Source: Eledone cirrhosa
Lineage: Eukaryota
Length of the DNA: 64,000 nucleotides
Direction of reading: 5' to 3'
Assembly (NCBI GenBank): GCA_964016885.1
Contig: OZ024740.1
Coordinates: forward strand, 221,650,001 to 221,714,000
Shown here: in pieces, positions 27,114-41,105 of the stretch
Numbering within the stretch: position 1 is the first letter of the stretch
Layout: the number at the start of each line of letters is the position of its first letter
Notes under the pieces: model-generated
Databases searched by the model: none
Seen by the model: the letters and a program-made list of their open reading frames with translations, nothing else
What the model was told of the DNA's origin: nothing
Position numbers and translations under genes: made by a program

Positions 27114-27300
27114 GGGCGGTGGATTGGCTGTATCGGTAGAGAGTCGGACACCATGCTTTGAAGCATAGAGTTACGTCCCTTTATGATCTGAGTTCAAATC
27201 CCGCCGAGGTTAACTTTGCCTTTCATCCTTACGGGGTCGATAAAATAAAGTACCGGTAATATACTAGATAATTGCTGGCCTTGTGCCTAAAATAGAAACA
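27114..27300 (+). mobile_element. SINE family 1, full length, with TSD
   Basis: gggcggtggattggc...gagttcaaatccc...gcctttcatccttacggggtcgataaaataaagtacc; attattttgaaa duplicated. Confidence 0.92.
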
Positions 27301-27341
27301 ATTATTTTGAAATAGGAGATACCAGATGATATATTCTAAGG

Positions 27342-27529
27342 TAGGCATGTCAAACTGAGGGTCCCCGAGGGCCACATACGACAACTAATTGCGCACATTA
27401 CAACTAATTTTTTTTATTTCATATTACGAAAATAAAACATGCTCGCGCTGTAAAAAAAATTTGTGCGGGCCGCAGGCGTGCTTGTAAAGGGCTGCATGCG
27501 GCCCGCGGGCCGTATGTTTCAAATGCCTG
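27342..27529. mobile_element. hAT (Charlie/Buster-type) MITE
   Basis: TIRs taggcatgtcaaac / gtttcaaatgcctg, subterminal ggcccgcgggccg, and a perfect 8-bp TSD ttcTAagg (27334-27341, 27530-27537). Confidence 0.9.
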
Positions 27530-28172
27530 TTCTAAGGTATATAATTGAAAAAAAAATTTAATTTCGCTTTGAGTCTTGTCAATATTCTGCTTCTGCCCAT
27601 TATCCTTTTTGAATGTGTTCTCATCTCACCTATTTTGCTCGTTTATACGCGCTTACGGAAAGTATATATGTCACAACTTGTTTTACTTTACCCATTAACA
27701 ATAATAATTATATTACACTATCCTTGTACGAAATCAGCATTCAAAAATCAATATTCTTCGTTTATATTGGTATCGCGAATAACTGTTGCGAAAACTGTTC
27801 ATTTATATTAAACAGGAAGCAACGAAGCAATTTGGTAAGGACAGCATGATTGCTGATGAGAATTATTTCACAAGTTGACGTTGAAACTTGTCGATTCTAA
27901 TTCAATTGTAAATTTGCCTTCAAACATTATTTCATGAAATTTTCGTTTTTGAATATAATCTATCTTGCACATTGACAACAAAATATTTTAAATTAGATTT
28001 CCTACCAGAAAAATAAATTAAATATGCACTGATTTATATATATTTTAAATATTCTTTTCTAATTTTATATTTTCCAAACTTAAAGTTTTCAAGATTAAAC
28101 AAGTTTATGATCATTGGGTGATGACTATCATTTAAACTGAAAAAAGGCCTCGAGTGGTTCTTTTCAAAGCGA

Positions 28173-29591
28173 CTAGCAGTGTATCCCGGCGTTGCACGGG
28201 TAAGAACATTAGTAATAGCACCTCCAATGAGAAACGTTTATTTGTGAGTGCCTGTTAAAAACTTACGAAAATCTACTGACAGGAAACTTGTTTTATTTGG
28301 AGAAAATTAAGAAGTTGAAAGTACAGTTTAGCTGTCTACGTGCCTTGTTCATAGAAATATTGTTGAGCCCCTTCTTTTCATACTCCTTCTGTGACAGTTG
28401 TCCCCCGGTGTTTCCAGTCTGCTTTGGCATATTGGAGTAAATGTGAAAGAGAAAGTCACAGGTTAAGTTGACAGAAGGTTCTAGTGTCATAGCAGTAAGG
28501 CGTAGGCTACTTACCTCAAAAGTTCATTCGCATCTTTCCAGTAAGTTATTCTTTATCTCTATTCCTCTCGGTGCAGTCCCATTCGAATCTTTCGCGTAGG
28601 CCTGGTGTAGATTTGCCCCGATCCATCTGCCCGATGCACATGTCCGCTTTGTACGGCTTTTGGATGAAGGAGTGACCAGCAGTACGTTGTTCGGTATTAT
28701 TATGTAGTAGAGAATCCCGCGTGAACTAACAGCTCGGGAGGAAACTGCTTACCTCGAAGATTCATTCGCCATTGTTCTTGTCAACGCTCCGTTCAGTTGG
28801 TATTTGTTGGTCTACAGTTAGATGAATGGCGCACAAGGGGTTAATGTTTATTGGCAAGACGTTTTTTTATTAATAAAAGACGGGTTAAAGCGACCTACAA
28901 TGTATCATGTTAGCGGTTTTTGTTAATGTCAATGGGTTTTTGGACGGCCAATTCGAGACACTTCTGTTTCTCCCTCAATAAACCGACTACTATGAAGACT
29001 ATTCCATGTTGGCCTGCGGATGGAAATGCAGAACACAAAGGTGAAAGTTCAGTGGTAATGGGAGTCCTATGTAGCAGCAGTAACATTGACATTGCTTACA
29101 ATGTGTGCATTCACCCTTAACGGGATCTTCTGAAACTAAAAGGATCAATCCGTGAACGCAGAAGTAAATATTTCGAAAAACGTTGAAACCGAAGGAAAAC
29201 AGAAAGACGATACTTTGGTTCGTGAAGACGTTCCCTGGCAATGAACGGAAAATAGCGAAAATAATACGTCAGCAATGAGAACAATGTTTGTCATAATGTC
29301 TTAATGCAGACAGCCAGACATACAGAAGAGATATTATAAAGGCGCGACGTTATAGCTATGTATCTATCTAAAAAGACAGACTAAGAAAGAGAGAGAGATC
29401 TATAACTGGCGCCTCACACCTCTTTAACCACAGAAAATTGAAAAATAAAAGCTGCAGTTAATATCTTTAGACCGCAAGGAATATATAAATGCAAGTTCGA
29501 AGTCAATCGGAGTAGAAATGTGGATTTGTATAGACTTTGCAAAAATTAGGGGACACACACAGACAATTTCAGTTTTATATAGATGTATAGA
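28173..29591 (-). mobile_element. Non-autonomous Helitron with uncharacterised cargo
   Basis: Minus strand starts A|TCTATACATCTATATAAAACTGAAATTGTCTGTGTG and ends cccgtgcaacgccggg-atacactg-CTAG|T. Confidence 0.8.
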
Positions 29592-30254
29592 TCAATGTAC
29601 TACTAGTACAGAGATAGTAAATATATGATTCTTGGCAAATCTAAATTTCATGAACATATACTGAGGTGAAAACGACGTAGGGGCTCCTGTTAAAGTATAT
29701 ATAAATACTAGAGTGTCATCTGTAACATGGAAGTAATTGAGAAGGTATGTTTGTTATTGTTGCTTTATGTATTAGAAAACACACTGTTACACATAAGCAT
29801 GCATTTCAATAACATCCGGTGACGAAGGATTGCAGTATTTTGGCAGATATATTTGCACTTATGTTGCAACTGTAACTAGCAGATTGTGAGTTACATCGGT
29901 TAGTTCAGTATGCACTTGCAGAAACCCATTGGCTCCGGGACAAAACTACGTGCAATCGCTTCATTACAAATATACAATTTGTTGGCATTTTGAGAAAGAA
30001 AATGTCGTGTATACGTTTAAACTATTTTTTATTGAGTGAAACATTGAGAGCAACCGAGGCATAGAAAATGTTTTTCCTATGGCTTCGATAACTAAAATAT
30101 ATATATATATATTAATATATGTAATAATATATAATATGCATATATATAATATATATAATAATATATAATATGCATATATATAATATATGTAATAATATAT
30201 ATGTATATATATAATATATAATATGTATATATAATATATATATTAATATATCAT

Positions 30255-30380
30255 AATTGTTTCTATGTTTGGCACAAGGCCAGTAATTATCTCAGTGAAT
30301 TACTGGTACTTTATTTTATCGACCCCGTAAGGATGAGAGGTAAAGTTACACTTGGCGGGATTTGAACTCAGACCATAAAG
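30255..30380 (-). mobile_element. SINE family 1
   Basis: Core motif as above. Confidence 0.88.
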
Positions 30381-31544
30381 GAATATATAATAATATATTA
30401 TATATATTATATATATATATATATAATTCAAGAAAAAAGAATGACATAGTTCGCTATACAATAAGGGCTTTATTCACATTGCTGACAATTGTTACTTCGA
30501 TCTGGTAGGTCTAGAGTTCGCTACCCGCCTGATTCTGCGTCAATCGATCTCCAATACTTTGTCTATAACCAGTCGTTTTCATCGGAGCACGCGAAAGTGA
30601 AGAATATACACAAGGCATGGCTTTTATCTAGGAGTGGTATTAAACCAGAACAATAATATCAATAATAAAATAAAATAACTTGATAGTGAATAGTTAAAAT
30701 AATAACATCAATATAAGTAAGAAATAGAGTATAATGATGAATCTAGCATGTTAAACAGATGTATGAAATTGACATGTGAAAACTGCTATAGGGTACGTTA
30801 GATATAGTGTTAAGGTGGCGGAGATATAACAGTGACAACTAAAATGTACTTGGGGTCAAGATTTATGAGGTGTGTGCTTTGCTGTAGGTGTGCTGGCATA
30901 GAACCGGGGATTTCTTTATTGTCTGACAGATAAAGATTTTCGTAGTATTAATTTAGTGATAATGATAATTTGTATGTGGTGTTAAGTGGAGTTGTAGATT
31001 CGTTATTTAAGTGGCCTATACTAAAAGTAGGGATTGTTAGTTCGAATCATGGGGGTTTAGTTTTCACAACATCAATAACCAATAACAATAATAACAACAA
31101 TAATAGTAGAGACAATAAAGGTAATAAAATAGTAAAATATGCATGGTAGATATAGAGAACATTATGAATAATATTAGGGATAACATTATGAATAATATTG
31201 AGATGTTCATAATAATAATAAGAGGAAAGTGAGATTTCAAGGAGTATAGGAGTAATAAGATAATGTACTTAGAATTAAGTTCATCTGATAGAGATCATGA
31301 GTGCTAATGTGAGATATAATTGTTTGGTCCTAAGGAGTGAACAACAGCAAATACGGGATTGACTTATGGACTAATAAGATAGTTGTAGACATAACCCAGT
31401 GGTATAGAATTAGGGAGGCTAGAAGGAGTCTATAGAATGTTATGTTCTGTAGTGGGCTGTATGAGAGTGCGGATGTCAAATGTTAAATGCTAAGTGATGT
31501 TGGTTCGAATTACGGTGGTTTAAATCTCGCGAATTTTGTAGCAA

Positions 31545-32483
31545 TCCTATGTCTGCAGAAAATTGACCTTTCTATTTTGCTGTTGAGTAGCATTTTATCG
31601 TTCCTTAAGATATGCAGCAATTCAAGGTTGCAGAGTCCGCAATGGGACATACCACTGCTATAGGGCTTAGCGGCCGCTAATTACAACCAGCTAATATAGT
31701 AATCAAGGTTTTTGTCCTTAAGTTGCCAGATTTTATTGGCGAGGGTTGTAGAATTTACCAGTGCACGGTTTTTCATGTCTGTGCACATACCATCTTTTTT
31801 TAAAATCACTCGCGGTGGATCCAATGTAGTGCCAAATGGAGTTGCCCGAGTTTACAGTGCACATGTACATTAGGCTCGAATCAAGGCACCTATTCGCTAA
31901 TGTCCGGTAGGTGACAATTGCAGTTCGAGGTATTATTCTGTGCAGCTTTCACATTGTGGTTTTGCTAACTGTTATATGTGGGTTGCGATTCATGCCTATT
32001 AAAGTTTTGCTGTGGTGCGTTCATGTGCGTTTGTGGTTGTGATAAGGTAATGTGTTTGTGTTTAGTGTTTGGTGCTATGTTGCGTATAGGTGGGGTAGCT
32101 TTTCTAGAGGCATTCTTATGGTTGATCTTGCGTATGTGCGATTCAATATTGGCAGCAGTAGAGTATGAGAGTTTTATAGTTTTTCTATTGAGGATTTTAT
32201 GATATCTATGCGATATAGGGAAGTGCTTATCTATTAGTTTAAAAAACGTAGAAGGCAGTCTCGTTCTTATAGATGAGTTGAAGATTGGATTAAACCATAG
32301 GTATTTTCTTTCTATAGTTCTTCTATAGTTTCTAGGGTTTACATTATTCATGTTCGGTCCCCCTACTCTAGGTGTTACTTGCCTAGTTCTATGTCTAGTC
32401 CGGTTACCTTTATTTTTGTATGAGCGGTTGGTGTCGGTATTAATGGGTTTGTTTGTGTTGTCCTTATCTGTTATAAACTGCAA
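31545..32483 (-). pseudogene. PLE ORF C-terminus: linker plus GIY-YIG endonuclease, frameshifted
   Basis: CNC..NRCLDSSLMYMCTVNSGNSIWHYIGSTASDFKK; TTLANKIWQLKDK; KPYSSGMSHCGLCNLE..LLNSKIE. Confidence 0.85.
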
Positions 32484-32715
32484 CTATATCTAACGTCCCC
32501 TATAGCAGTTTTCACATGTCAATTTCATACATCTGTATAATATCAGTTCGTTTAACATGCTAGATTCATCATTATACTCTATTTCTTAATTATATTGATG
32601 TTATTATTTTAACTATTCAGTATCTAGTTATTTTATTTTATTATTGATATTATTGTCTGGTTTAATACCACTCCTATATAAAAGCCATGCCTTGTGTATA
32701 TTCTTCACTTTCGCG

Positions 32716-32825
32716 TGCTCCGATGAAAACGACTGGTTATAGACAAAGTATTGGAGATCGATTGACGCAGAATCAGGCGGGTAGCGAACTCTAGACCTAT
32801 CAGATCGAAGAAACAATTGTCAGCA
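32716..32825 (+). ncRNA. HHR-like motif in the PLE terminal repeat with an extended stem II; mirror copy at 30480-30589 (-)
   Basis: TGCT CCGATGA [aaacgactggtt...cagatcgaa] GAAAC AATT GTC AGCA; stem I TGCT/AGCA, palindromic stem III, GUC site. Confidence 0.55.
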
Positions 32826-33167
32826 ATGTGAATAAAGCCTTTCTAGTGAATATGAAGTAAACATAAATAAATTTTCATGTAGAATAAATTTAAGAGCATA
32901 AAAAACATATTATTCAGGTGGTCAAAAAGGCAATATAATCCTCACTGGATGCTGAGTTTATTAAACGTCTGTGTATATAATCAATATATCTCTGTATATA
33001 AATGGAAGTTGTATGTGTGTGTGTGTAATTTGTATTCAGACATTAGAAGATGAACATTCACTATGATATTGAAACGTAGCTGTCCAATAGAACCAATGCC
33101 TCTTCGGTTGTTTTCTCACTCACTCAATAATTTATTAAGTAAGTATCACTAAGACAGCAACCCAAGG

Positions 33168-33203
<36 letters not shown>

Positions 33204-33213
33204 TTATTTAACG

Positions 33214-33388
33214 TTGGCAGTGTCGGTAGAGGGTCGGACGCCATGCTTTCTAGCATAGTTACGTCCCTTTACGATCTGAGTTCAAATCCCGCCGAGGTTG
33301 ACTTTGCCTTTCATCCTTACGGGGTCGATAAAATAAAGTACCAGTAACGCACTGGGTAATTGCTGGCCTTGTGCCAAAAGTAGAAACA
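33214..33388 (+). mobile_element. SINE family 1 with TSD
   Basis: attatttaacgt duplicated on both sides. Confidence 0.92.
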
Positions 33389-33416
33389 ATTATTTAACGT
33401 ATAAGCGTCCACTCTA

Positions 33417-33469
<53 letters not shown>

Positions 33470-33472
33470 ATA

Positions 33473-33758
33473 TGTAAAAGGTAAACAAAAATAACAACAC
33501 AATCGGTACAGTATATGGAAGGAATATATTAGATTAACGCTTGATATAGCAGGAAGAGGGTGTTACCGTTTCGTACGCTAGTCCTTCATCAGAAGAAAGA
33601 ATGAGAAATAAGAAAGATTGAAGGGACGGGCGGGGTGGAATTGAAAAAAAAGTTTTAAAATAAAAATAACAGGTCCATTCGTTTTGACATATCTTTGAAA
33701 ACTGTTGATGCTGGCGTTTTGTGTATGTTTTTAGAAAAGTGGATGTTGGAGCGCGTCT
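33473..33758 (-). mobile_element. Family A repeat with an HHR at 33561-33596
   Basis: Minus strand reads TCTT CTGATGA AGGACTAGCGTAC GAAA CGGT AACA; flanked by (TA)n and (TC)n. Confidence 0.75.
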
Positions 33759-33763
33759 CTCTC

Positions 33764-33851
<88 letters not shown>

Positions 33852-34520
33852 TTCTTCACCGGACAAGCAATGGTAAAATTTATTTTGCTTTACAAATCAA
33901 TATATTTTAATTCAATTGTTTATGCTTCCGTAATCATATCGAAAAGTTAGGTCATTATGTCTTGTAAGTATCTCTTATTCTTCATTGAGTAGAGAAAGCG
34001 AAGAGAATGGTAGAGAGAAACAAAGAAAAGGGGGGAGGGGGATGGGCAGAGATTGTGCGTAAGATAAAACTAAAAGAAAAGGAAATATAGAAAGATTCAG
34101 AATGAATTAACATACTATCCAATTGTGAATGGGTTGGAGTGTAGCAGGCAGTTGAGGTTTTAAAAATGCCATGTTCTAGCGTTTTAGTGTCTATGATTTT
34201 TTATCACCCCCCTCGCTCTCTCACCCCCTCTCTCTCTCCACCCTATCCCTCCTCTCTCTCTCACTAGCTATCTATCTATTTATTTATCATCTATCTATCT
34301 CTGTGTCACACAAATCATGTCTAATGTATGTATGTTACTATATAATTCTAAATGTTTGTTTCTGTCTATGCAAGCATTTCTTCCTATCTCTCACCTCAAA
34401 GTAACTATCGTTACTGATGTTTATCTGTTTTATCTCTTTTCACATACTTGATTCTCTTTCATTTATCATTTAAAATAGCTTTCTCTCTATTGTTACCTAT
34501 TTTTCTGTTCTGTTATATCT

Positions 34521-34553
<33 letters not shown>

Positions 34554-34677
34554 TTCTTTCTCTTACGACTCATAGACGCTGCTGTGGTGGTTCTATTATG
34601 ACGAACTCTATCTCTTTCTAGTACTATGCATTTTTCTTTCCCATTTTTATCCCCCCTCTCTCATACACATACGCTTT

Positions 34678-34711
<34 letters not shown>

Positions 34712-34741
34712 AAAATTACACATTTCACCTTCTCTCCCTTA

Positions 34742-34820
<79 letters not shown>

Positions 34821-35899
34821 TCTCTAATTTGAAGCATTTTCCTTCCTTTGTAGTCACCGCTTCAACAATTTATTGTGCATCAAGTTGTTAAAAAAAGTAG
34901 ATTCAAAACAAAGACAACATTTATATGTATGTACGTAAATATCTATTCATACACACAGACACACACAGACACAAACGCACACATATTAAACCGTATATAT
35001 TTAACGCATTTTAACTTCACCTTCAATTAGCGATTCATTTCATTTTCATTTTTTTTTTCCAGGTCTGCAGGAAGAGGGTGTGCCTGTAAAATTTGTGGAT
35101 GCTCCACGACCAATGAGAAAAGTGACATTCAATGGAGAAAAGACTGGGTGTAGTGGTTAATATGTGGTCTAGTGAGTTAGACCGAATATGGGTCGTGAGT
35201 GGAGGAGAGACGAGTGAGGTGAGATTGTCTGAGTGAAGGTTGTACGTCGTCAGCTAGATCTGAAGAGCAAATGCCATTGTATTAGGAGTAGAAAGGTTGG
35301 CTAGTTACTAGAGCACGTCTGTCAGTGACACTATGCCAAACAAACAAGTGGCCATTTTTCTGGCTGCAACACTGCCTACATTTTGGAGCTGTACACCGTT
35401 GCCTGTCTTATTTAGAGCTATCGACTCAAGAGACGAGACCAATCACTAGCGATCGTATCTTGTGATGATTGATTGCGAAACGCCTGTCACGTGTGAATAA
35501 ATATATTGATGGTAAATTGATACTTCATTCCTGCTCCTTATTATTATTATTATTAGAGTGGCCGATTGGCAGTATCAGTAGAGCGTCGGACAACATGCTT
35601 TGTGGCCTCCACCTCAGCTTGTGGGATTAATTCCACTTTGCGGGTCTGCACTGAAATGCATCTATATATTATTGTTCTCCACTGAACTGCCTCCGTCGCT
35701 TCAATCGTGATGGTTAAGTTGGCCCATGTTTTCTCACGTTTGATAAGGTTACATGCCCGGGCTAAACGTTGTTCTTTGTTTGTCTAATTCGTGCGAATAC
35801 ATGGCTTTTTTTTTAGCTGCCGCAGCAGTGAATATGCTCTTGTTGATGTTGTTCACGCTGTTGATTTTGATGTGGTTGGAAAGATTTGAGCGCTAAACT

Positions 35900-36245
35900 C
35901 GATCCATCTTTTTGCAAGCTGACCATAAGCTGAACATAAGCTGGCGACATCTCACTTTGAAAGAAATATATGCCGGCCTCCCACGCATATCTGCCATTGT
36001 ACGTAAAAGGAGAGTAAGGGTTGCTGGCCACTGCCATCGTGCCACCAATGAGGCTGTGTCCCCACTAGTGCTCTGGAAACCACAAGAGTCACTAATAACA
36101 GGGGGTGCAAGCGTTCCTATCCCGATGTCATCTCCAGAGATTCTGGTATTGAAATCCAGGACTTGTCAACGGCAATGATTGACAGACCCACGTGTAGATC
36201 AATTGTTGTGTCCATTTCGGCTGAGACCACCGGATGATGAGATCG
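35900..36245 (+). mobile_element. RTE-like LINE 3' fragment
   Basis: LNISWRHLTLKEIYAGLPRISAIVRKRRVRVAGHCHRATNEAVSPLVLWKP. Confidence 0.85.
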
Positions 36246-36299
36246 TAAATAGATAGGGTTTTTATTAGGTCAGAAGATAAGGGTAGTAGAGTCTGTCCA

Positions 36300-36860
36300 C
36301 ATTTCAGAATGGTGGTCGATTCAAATCTCAAATTTATCATCTACATGGTCGGCCGAGCTTCATTCCCGGCACGTATGCTTATAAGATCCGGGTCACCACA
36401 AGTGTAAGTTGACTCAAGAGAGAGATTTAGGTAATTTCAATAGGTTTTAGTAAAGAAGGAACAATAGGAAAAAATAGAAAGGAGAACGAGGAGCTGGTAG
36501 TTGATTTAGATTAGACGATTACAAGTGGCATTGCAACTGACGTACTAGCAGCGAGAATGGGATTAGACCATTTCTTCAATGCGAAACACGAAGGTTACAT
36601 TGTCAGAGCTAAGGCGCATGCTCTAGCAAACGAGGGAACGAAAGCTGTTCGATGGGCCCGTGTGGCGGGGGCGCATTGTGGTGACAAAACCACGATTCGG
36701 TCTTTGACAGACCGAAACGAACGCATGCTGATCAATTCCAGGCAGATGTGTGCAGCCTTTATCCAGCATTTTCTTGACTGTTCGAGGAGGATAGGAGGTC
36801 GTAGACGGTGACAGACTGCAGTTCCTACCTGGACGGCCTACCCCGACTCTCCCTCAACCG
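36300..36860 (+). mobile_element. LINE (L1/Tx1-like) EN-RT linker fragment
   Basis: AKHEGYIVRAKAHALANEGTK...IRSLTDRNER resembles the GxxxRS/R...EGEK...IxxL linker. Confidence 0.5.
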
Positions 36861-37611
36861 ATCCTGGAATAATATAGTTTTTAAAAATGTAAAGTGGAGG
36901 AGTTGTGGAGGGAAGTACGATATAGGATTAAACAAATGAGGCTGGGGTGGGATGTTTAGTTTTATAGCACACCTTCCTTTCGCTCCTATTTAAATATGCC
37001 CTTTGGCAACCATCTTGTTACCCATAGGCAGATCTCACACAATGCAGCCTCGACAGATGAATACTGCTGGATTATGGCTGACAGCTGATGCAACCAAGAC
37101 ACCATAGTAAAAAGCAATACATGGAACATTATATTATGTAACATTATCCCATTATTTTAATTTATATTCCTTTGAGTTCCAATGAGTCGCTCTGTTTTTT
37201 AAATATGTTAATTATTTTCAACTGAACCAGATCAATTATGATATATAGTCATCTGATCCAGAAATATTATATGGAGCAGCGAAACAATTGTAAACGGACA
37301 TTATTATTATTAATATTATTATTATTATTCTCTACATTCCTTACATCAAACTAAAATATGTTGACAATCTTTTAATAACGTCTTCCTTGTGAAGTTTGTG
37401 GTCTTGTTTTGCTTAACTAATGAATATTCCCAGCTCTGCGCACCTAACTTCTGCATGAACCCAGCCACCTAGCTGCTTTCTACTGCATATTGCACATTGA
37501 GCACATGACTTTACGCTTTGGCTTCTAACTAACTCACCAATCTCTCCTCTCATATCTCCTCTACTATCTCCATCTCTCTCTTTAAGATTGGTTACTCTTG
37601 AACTGAGTATA

Positions 37612-37643
<32 letters not shown>

Positions 37644-38748
37644 TACACACATACGTGTGTGTGTGTTATGTATTGTCAAAGCCAATGTGTGATTTGAAAT
37701 TTGAAAATGAGGGAATCCCAAACGCAGAAAATAAATGTAACAACAGTTACATTTATTTTCTGAAAGTCGAGTAAAATATCTCTAGTGCGCCTTTACGAAA
37801 TGTCTAACTTGCTCGAGAGATATGGAATTCGTTCTCTGTAGCGGCTGGCGATCACTATTTCCCCATCTAGGGGTATTTTGCCAGATTTTCTATGCTCTTA
37901 TTTAGAGCGATCGGCTGTAGTTACCATTATACCATTATTTTCTGTATAATTTCCTGATTCTCAAATATAAGAAAAAAGACATTACATAAACATACCTTTT
38001 TCTGTCAATAAATACACACACATTATTTTTTAATATAAATGTGTTCAATAAACCTTCGTGTTGGATGCTTCTATACTATCACATACAGCGTTGACAAAAC
38101 TATCAGAAAGATTAGATTTCACTTTGGTCCAAACGATGCTTAAGCTCAGGTCAACCCTACGATGGAGTAGTGGTGACGTCAACGCCTGTACGTGGAGTAA
38201 AGGAGGGGGTTAATGAATATCTATTGTGTACCCAATAAAAAACAAAAAACTTAACATCCAGAAAACAACTTTATTCCACTTCGAAAACTTTCTCACTGAA
38301 GCCCCTAGCTATGTATTTGGAATAGTGTTGCATAAATAAATATTAATAGGACAACAAAACTCTTGAAAAGAAAAGAAGTTGATCGTCAGATCAGACGAAG
38401 ACATCTATACCTCCATAACATTTTTCACTGTTTATACTATTTGTCGGCTGCATCTCTTGGCAGAAGGAGGGTCAACATGAATTCGGACTGTTAAAAGCCG
38501 GATCAGATACTGCAAAACATCCTGCCCAACTCTTTAATAATTCTGCGAATCGACCACACCTGGATTGTTGCTTTATTTATCAAGTCTTTCATAATAAATG
38601 CAAAGTTGACCTCGGCGAGATTTGAACTCAGAACATAGAGATAGAACAAATACTGAAAATGTTGATCTGACGCTCAAACGAGTCTGGATAATATACAGGC
38701 TTCTAGAAAATTGAATTGAAATAAAAAAAAAAAAAAAAAAATACTCAC

Positions 38749-38920
38749 CAATACGTTATATGGACTTGCATAAAAATTCCCTTTTCTTTCTTGTGTCTCT
38801 ATAATGGCCGCTATTTCTTCGAAATAACAAGCTGCATAAATACGTAACCGATCCCCACTCAACATAATTATCGTCATTTCTATCTCTTCTTGTTTGCTAC
38901 TATGACTCACTCTCCAAATA
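38749..38920 (-). CDS. Candidate exon of an unidentified gene
   Basis: tttaatacag acceptor, open frame IWRVSHSSKQEEIEM...YNVL, then TTG|gtgagt donor; no recognisable domain. Confidence 0.25.
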
Positions 38921-39719
38921 CTGTATTAAACACCAACCATACTTCCTAGTTATGCAACCCTCTTTCATTCCCTACTCTTCCCACATTTATCCTGCAGATG
39001 TCAAACTACAAATGTTCAACATAAATATTTGTACGTGTCTGTACATATACATACATATAAATACGTATATATATATATATATATATATACATATTGACAT
39101 AGACACATTTTATATGCATATAAGCATATATACACACACGCACACTCACACACAAATACATACACATATATATATAATCCACCATATGTTGGTTTGCAGG
39201 TTTTCATGTCGAGGATTTCTATCTTAATTTAGAACTTGGTCATAGACCATGCTTCAGAAGAACTACATAGCCTGACACCTACTACTTACTGACAGGAGAA
39301 TATCATATCGCCCTTGAAAAGGAATGTAATTGTGCCAATGTTAGAAATGTGTGTTAGATCTCTGTTGGTTCCGAAAACAAGGGTTTCTGTTGTTCGTACA
39401 ACGGAACAGCCTTTTCCTGAAACTACCGTTCAACAGGTTTTGCATAACACAGATATAAACATCTTTTACGTAATTCTCAAGGAAATTCACCATGACACAG
39501 CGTGAGACAAAGGTGGCTCTTTGAAATCAGGTACAACTCATTTTACCCTGTCAAGTAGGCTGCAGTAATCTGAAATAAAGTGTCAGGCTCAAGGACAAAA
39601 TGCGCCGCCGAAAATCGCACTCGGAACTTTATGATCCTGAACTAAACTCCCTAACCAATAAGCCACACGCTTTCCCTACATTAGAAATACATATATACAC
39701 AGAGCTCTTCGGTGGTTAA

Positions 39720-39990
39720 ACATCTGCTTACTTCTAAAAATGCCCAAGATTTTGATTACTAACAGAAAACCCAGGAATAGAGACCAAGCAAGATGGCTGA
39801 ATAACATCCAAGAGCTCGGCTGGTCTCACATGGGGATCCAGTCGGATCAATTGGAGACGGTTGCTTCTGACAGAACACGCTGAAAGGAGTGTTTGAGGTG
39901 TTTGAGGACTCTACGCTCACGACCCTACCAAGAAGAAGAAGAAGAAGAAGAAGAAGAAGAAGAAGAAGAGCGGGAGGAGGAGGAGGACAG
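39720..39990 (+). mobile_element. RTE LINE 3' end with a (GAA)n tail
   Basis: KPRNRDQARWLNNIQELGWSHMGI..DRTR then cgaccctacc(aag)n. Confidence 0.7.
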
Positions 39991-40309
39991 TTGTGTTCTA
40001 TACGATTATTTCTTTAGTCACTGTTTTCGTTGTTTACATAACCTGGCACACACCATGGTATGTCATTTAAGCTTTTGGTAAAATTAATCTATTATAAGGT
40101 TAAGGTTAGCATAGACAGAAGCACTTCTGGTGTCTCTTTAACTCAAAGGGTGAGTACATTGAAACTCGCTTCTGATATTTTCTATTGATCCTTGAAGACG
40201 CTACAAAGGTAACAAGGTAACAAAATACTCGTTTATTATATACAATATTGACATTTCTCGTAAGCTGTAAGCTGTACGTGATCACGACAACTATTTGGAG
40301 GTTGGTAGA

Positions 40310-40400
40310 GACAACGAGAGAGAAATAGAGAGAAATAGAGAGGGAGAGAGAGAGAGAGAGGGGGTGAGACTGTATGTATGTGTGAGAGAGATAGAGAGAG

Positions 40401-40474
<74 letters not shown>

Positions 40475-40590
40475 TGAGAGAGAGAGAAATAAATAGAAAG
40501 AGGGAGGAGAGACTGTGTGTATGCGTGATAGAGATAAAGATAGGGTGTAAGAGAGAGATAAAGAGAGATAATGTGAGCGTGTGTGTGTTT

Positions 40591-40650
<60 letters not shown>

Positions 40651-40669
40651 TATAGACAGAGATATAGAT

Positions 40670-40709
<40 letters not shown>

Positions 40710-40731
40710 GGATATAGACAGAGAGATAGAT

Positions 40732-40793
<62 letters not shown>

Positions 40794-40899
40794 GTGGATA
40801 GACAGAGAGATAGATAGAAAAAGAAAGAAAAAGAGAGAGAGAGAGGGAGAGAGAGAGTGAGAGAGAGAGAGCGCGAGAGAGAGAGAGCGCGAGAGAGAG

Positions 40900-40954
<55 letters not shown>

Positions 40955-40972
40955 GAGAGCGAGAGAGAGAGA
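40310..40972. repeat. (GA)n polypurine microsatellite field
   Basis: Seen directly. Confidence 0.95.
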
Positions 40973-41105
40973 TCCACATAGCCTTTACACAATATCAAAT
41001 ACCAACATTCCGACTAAATAGACTCGGGCAACTCCAATAACTCTTCCGTGACGTCATTGCTTTAGTTTCAACACACAATCTCAGTTCAAATCATAGCCAA
41101 ACAAG

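Larger units (their letters stand above)
30466..32839 (-). mobile_element. 5'-truncated PLE with inverted ~345-bp terminal repeats (30466-30808 / 32483-32839)
   Basis: RKYLWFNPIFN...FFKLIDKHFP..HKILNRKTIKLSYS (PLE thumb/linker) plus a GIY-YIG region; the termini are reverse complements. Confidence 0.9.

Noticed and set aside
35063-35540. Plus-strand exon after a strong acceptor (ttttttccag|) or a solo LTR starting TGTAGTGG
   Set aside because: Short ORF with no recognisable protein, and no CA end or TSD for an LTR
37996-38001. 6-nt micro-exon (gacag|AAAAAG|gtatgt, minus strand)
   Set aside because: Such motifs arise easily by chance, and there is no supporting gene model
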